Source of the DNA: Calditrichia bacterium
GTDB lineage: Bacteria; Calditrichota; Calditrichia; JAJRVZ01
Assembly (NCBI GenBank): GCA_963796965.1
Contig: CAWCNS010000004.1
Span: 832,001 to 896,000 of the forward strand
Reading direction: 5' to 3'
DNA length: 64,000 nucleotides
How positions within the stretch are numbered: the stretch's first letter is position 1; each line of letters begins with the position of its first letter. Both the position numbers and the translations under genes were made by a program. Under the pieces are notes generated by a model. It saw nothing but the letters and a program-made list of their open reading frames with translations. It did no database searches and was not told the DNA's origin. This document shows, piece after piece, positions 61,491-64,000 of this stretch.

Positions 61491-62306
61491 ATGAATAAAA
61501 AGATAAATGAAATATTACTTACCCTTTTTGTCTACTACATAACCTTATTGCTAGGTTGGGAAATCATTACCTTTTTACGCATATATGTATCAATGGATGA
61601 TTTGATTATAACCAAGCGACTGGAAACGTATTTTGAAATTCAACCCTATTTAATTGGAATCGGACTAACTCTTGTCATCGTAATTGGTCTTTGGGGAAGA
61701 TTTTCAAAAAAGGAAAGAATAAATGATTTTGCACAGCTGAGTTTAAGATTAAAAATACTTTTTGGTTTTCTAATTTTATTAACTTTCAATCTAGTATTAT
61801 TTAAACTTGATGCTCACTTTAATGTATTGGAACTCATCATTTTTTTTGTTTCATTATGGTTACTACAAGATTTGGGCTCTCATCTTTACAAATCTGGCAA
61901 AGTGGGATGGTATCATCCTACAACCCATGGCAGCATCATCATTGCTGCCCTTCTTATTGGTATTTCGCTTATGGATATTTTTAAGATTATTAATTTACAG
62001 GAAAAGTGGGCTGTTTACTTTATTCTTATTTTGCTGCTTTTTGAATTGATAATTCTATATGCACGCTTTCAACACCTCTCAAAATACAGTCTGGAAACAA
62101 ACAGGTTAGCGCGGAATTTGATGGGAAGCCAGATTCTGTTTTTCGGTACCAGAATTATTGTGGGAATATTTATGCCGTTAATCTTTATCGTATATTCGAC
62201 ATTTTTATCTGAAAAACCGGTTGAGGGAATAGCCGCATTGATTTTGTTGGGTACTTTTCTGGATCGGTATCTTTTTATTATTACTGGTTCCGACATACAG
62301 CGATAA
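61491..62306 (+). CDS. Polytopic membrane protein with a DmsC/NrfD-like C-terminal half
   Basis: About 8 hydrophobic segments; GWYHPTT and LILLGTFLDRYLF resemble DmsC/NrfD anchor motifs. Confidence 0.55.
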   Translation: MNKKINEILLTLFVYYITLLLGWEIITFLRIYVSMDDLIITKRLETYFEIQPYLIGIGLTLVIVIGLWGRFSKKERINDFAQLSLRLKILFGFLILLTFNLVLFKLDAHFNVLELIIFFVSLWLLQDLGSHLYKSGKVGWYHPTTHGSIIIAALLIGISLMDIFKIINLQEKWAVYFILILLLFELIILYARFQHLSKYSLETNRLARNLMGSQILFFGTRIIVGIFMPLIFIVYSTFLSEKPVEGIAALILLGTFLDRYLFIITGSDIQR

Positions 62307-62436
62307 ATAATACAAAATACAAAAAAGCATAATTTGAATCGTGGAATGGAAGAAGTCCGTTGCTTTTTAATTTGCATAAATTGTTAGACTTCTTTGCGTT
62401 TTAGCGTCTCCGGGAGAGAATTACTGTAAAAACAAA

Positions 62437-62474
62437 AGGGAAGTAAGATATTCCCCAAAATATCTTGCTTCCCT
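62437..62474. terminator. Long hairpin between convergent genes
   Basis: AGGGAAGTAAGATATT-ccccaa-AATATCTTGCTTCCCT. Confidence 0.65.
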
Positions 62475-62539
62475 CATCATCCCACAAGCGTAAAACTTGT
62501 TTTTGCTCTCGTCACTCATCGGTGACTTTTTATATATTT

Positions 62540-63292
62540 CTAATATTCGAATGTAAAATTGATCGTTCTTTTATTACGTTTTTTGGGATCAGCCGGAAAA
62601 TCTCTCCACGCTTTGACCTTTTTTAATAAACAGGAAGTGAGTTGCTTGTCTCGTGTTGACGTCTTTATAATATGAACGTTTATGACATCACCTTTAGCAT
62701 TCAGGTTGAGCCGGAATGAAATTTTTCCATGATAATTTTTGGATTGACGATATTTTCGTTTAATGCAAGAGGAGAGAGCATCCTGATGACGCTGAATTGC
62801 CTCATTTACTGTCTTAGGCTTATATTTGTCTGATCCACCGTTTAATTGGGTTAGCGTAATTTCACCCGAGCGCTGGATGTTTTGATCTTTTAACATATTG
62901 GCAGAAGCATTTGTAAAAGAGATATGTCGTCTTGGATAGGCATATAAGATTTTAGAATTGCGCTCCAGAAGATCTCTTTTTTTGTATAGTTTTTGCAAAC
63001 TTGCGTCTGGGTTCGCGAAAGCAATATGGTAAATATTTAAAGAGGGTGCGCTACTGAGGATTTTGATGTTGTAATTTTTTATGAACGACAGTCTTTCCTT
63101 CTCAGTTACACTTTCCTTAAAGGCAATCATCAGCTGATTGATATAAACCTTGTCACCATTGGCAGGATCGGTGATAATTTTTTCTGATAACGAGGCATAT
63201 TGTGCCTGATCCCCGTTACCACCTTTTGCGCCAGCCAATAGAACGGCAACGGAAAAGGTCAGGATTAAAAAAGAATTAATTATGTGTTTCAT
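62540..63292 (-). CDS. Secreted protein with a subtilase-prodomain-like domain and an AgmX/PglI-type (TonB-C-like) C-terminal domain
   Basis: Signal peptide; QLMIAFKESVT...LNIYHI...ILYAYP; IQRHQDALSSC...GKISFRLNLNAKGDV...LTSCLLKKVKAWRDFP...INFTFEY. Confidence 0.65.
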   Translation of the reverse strand: MKHIINSFLILTFSVAVLLAGAKGGNGDQAQYASLSEKIITDPANGDKVYINQLMIAFKESVTEKERLSFIKNYNIKILSSAPSLNIYHIAFANPDASLQKLYKKRDLLERNSKILYAYPRRHISFTNASANMLKDQNIQRSGEITLTQLNGGSDKYKPKTVNEAIQRHQDALSSCIKRKYRQSKNYHGKISFRLNLNAKGDVINVHIIKTSTRDKQLTSCLLKKVKAWRDFPADPKKRNKRTINFTFEY

Positions 63293-63318
63293 GATAATGT
63301 CCTAAATTTAAAGATAGA

Positions 63319-64000
63319 ATGGTAATGGCATCTAAAATTAAATATTTACTTTTGGATCTGGATGGTACTTTAATTCAGTTTGATATCGATATTTTTATCC
63401 AGGAATATCTCAGTTTAGTTCAAAAACAATTTTCACACTATGCATGTGCAAAGTCCGTGCCAGAATGGATATTGAAGGGGACAGAGATAATGCTAAGTGA
63501 TGTAGGAACAATGACTAATAAAGAGAAATTCCTGCATTATTTCGGAGATAAGACAGGTCTGTCAGAAGAGAAGATCTGGGAAATATTTATACATTTTTAT
63601 AAAAATGATTATGAGCAGATAAAAAGTATTACAAAACCGATTGCAGGAGCTAGAAACGATTTTAGAAGCTGCCCAGACCAAAGGATTCATGTTAATTATT
63701 GCTACCCAACCGGTTTTTCCTGAATTTGCCATTCGAAGACGTCTGGCCTGGGCTGGTGTTGAACATATACCATTTCATCTGATAACCCATATAGAGAATA
63801 TGTATGCGTCGAAACCTCATCCCCAATATTTTGAACAAATTTTGAGCATGCTTGGCGCGATGAGTGATGAATGTTTGATGATTGGAAATGACAGGGAAAT
63901 GGATTTGGCCTCAGATAAAGTGGGTATACCTTCCTATTATTTAACAAATACTATTAATAGCGAAATCCCAGAGGGTCAGAAGATTATATGGAGATTTTGA
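63319..64000 (+). CDS. HAD-superfamily hydrolase (frameshift near 63655; 3' end uncertain at the window edge)
   Basis: LDLDGTL, ATQP, SKPHPQYF, MIGNDREMDL. Confidence 0.88.

Overview
Bacterial chromosome segment, probably from a Fibrobacterota-Chlorobiota-Bacteroidota (FCB)-related lineage such as Calditrichota or KSB1. That placement is inferred from the GWxTD protein, the carboxypeptidase-regulatory-like TonB receptor, secY-map without adk and the RpoC C-terminal insert. From left to right the window holds: a TonB-dependent receptor locus and a GWxTD gene (- strand); tig-clpP-clpX; a repeat-packed intergenic region with six tandem copies of a 195-bp hairpin-forming non-coding unit; rpsT; a tRNA cluster and a contiguous ~32-kb tuf-secE-nusG-rplKAJL-rpoBC-str-S10-spc-alpha cluster with two tuf copies; a tightly packed GHL10 hydrolase-hutU-parA-PilG/PatA-like-cheW-MCP-hybrid cheA run (Pil-Chp/Tax-type chemosensory system with no cheR/cheB in the window); and a set of envelope and metabolic genes, including two unusual fusions to TonB-C-like domains. 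About 29 genes, many of them essential, carry 1-2 nt indels. These are most likely uncorrected long-read consensus errors, so split ORFs are joined below. All calls come from reading the sequence by eye; no searches were run.
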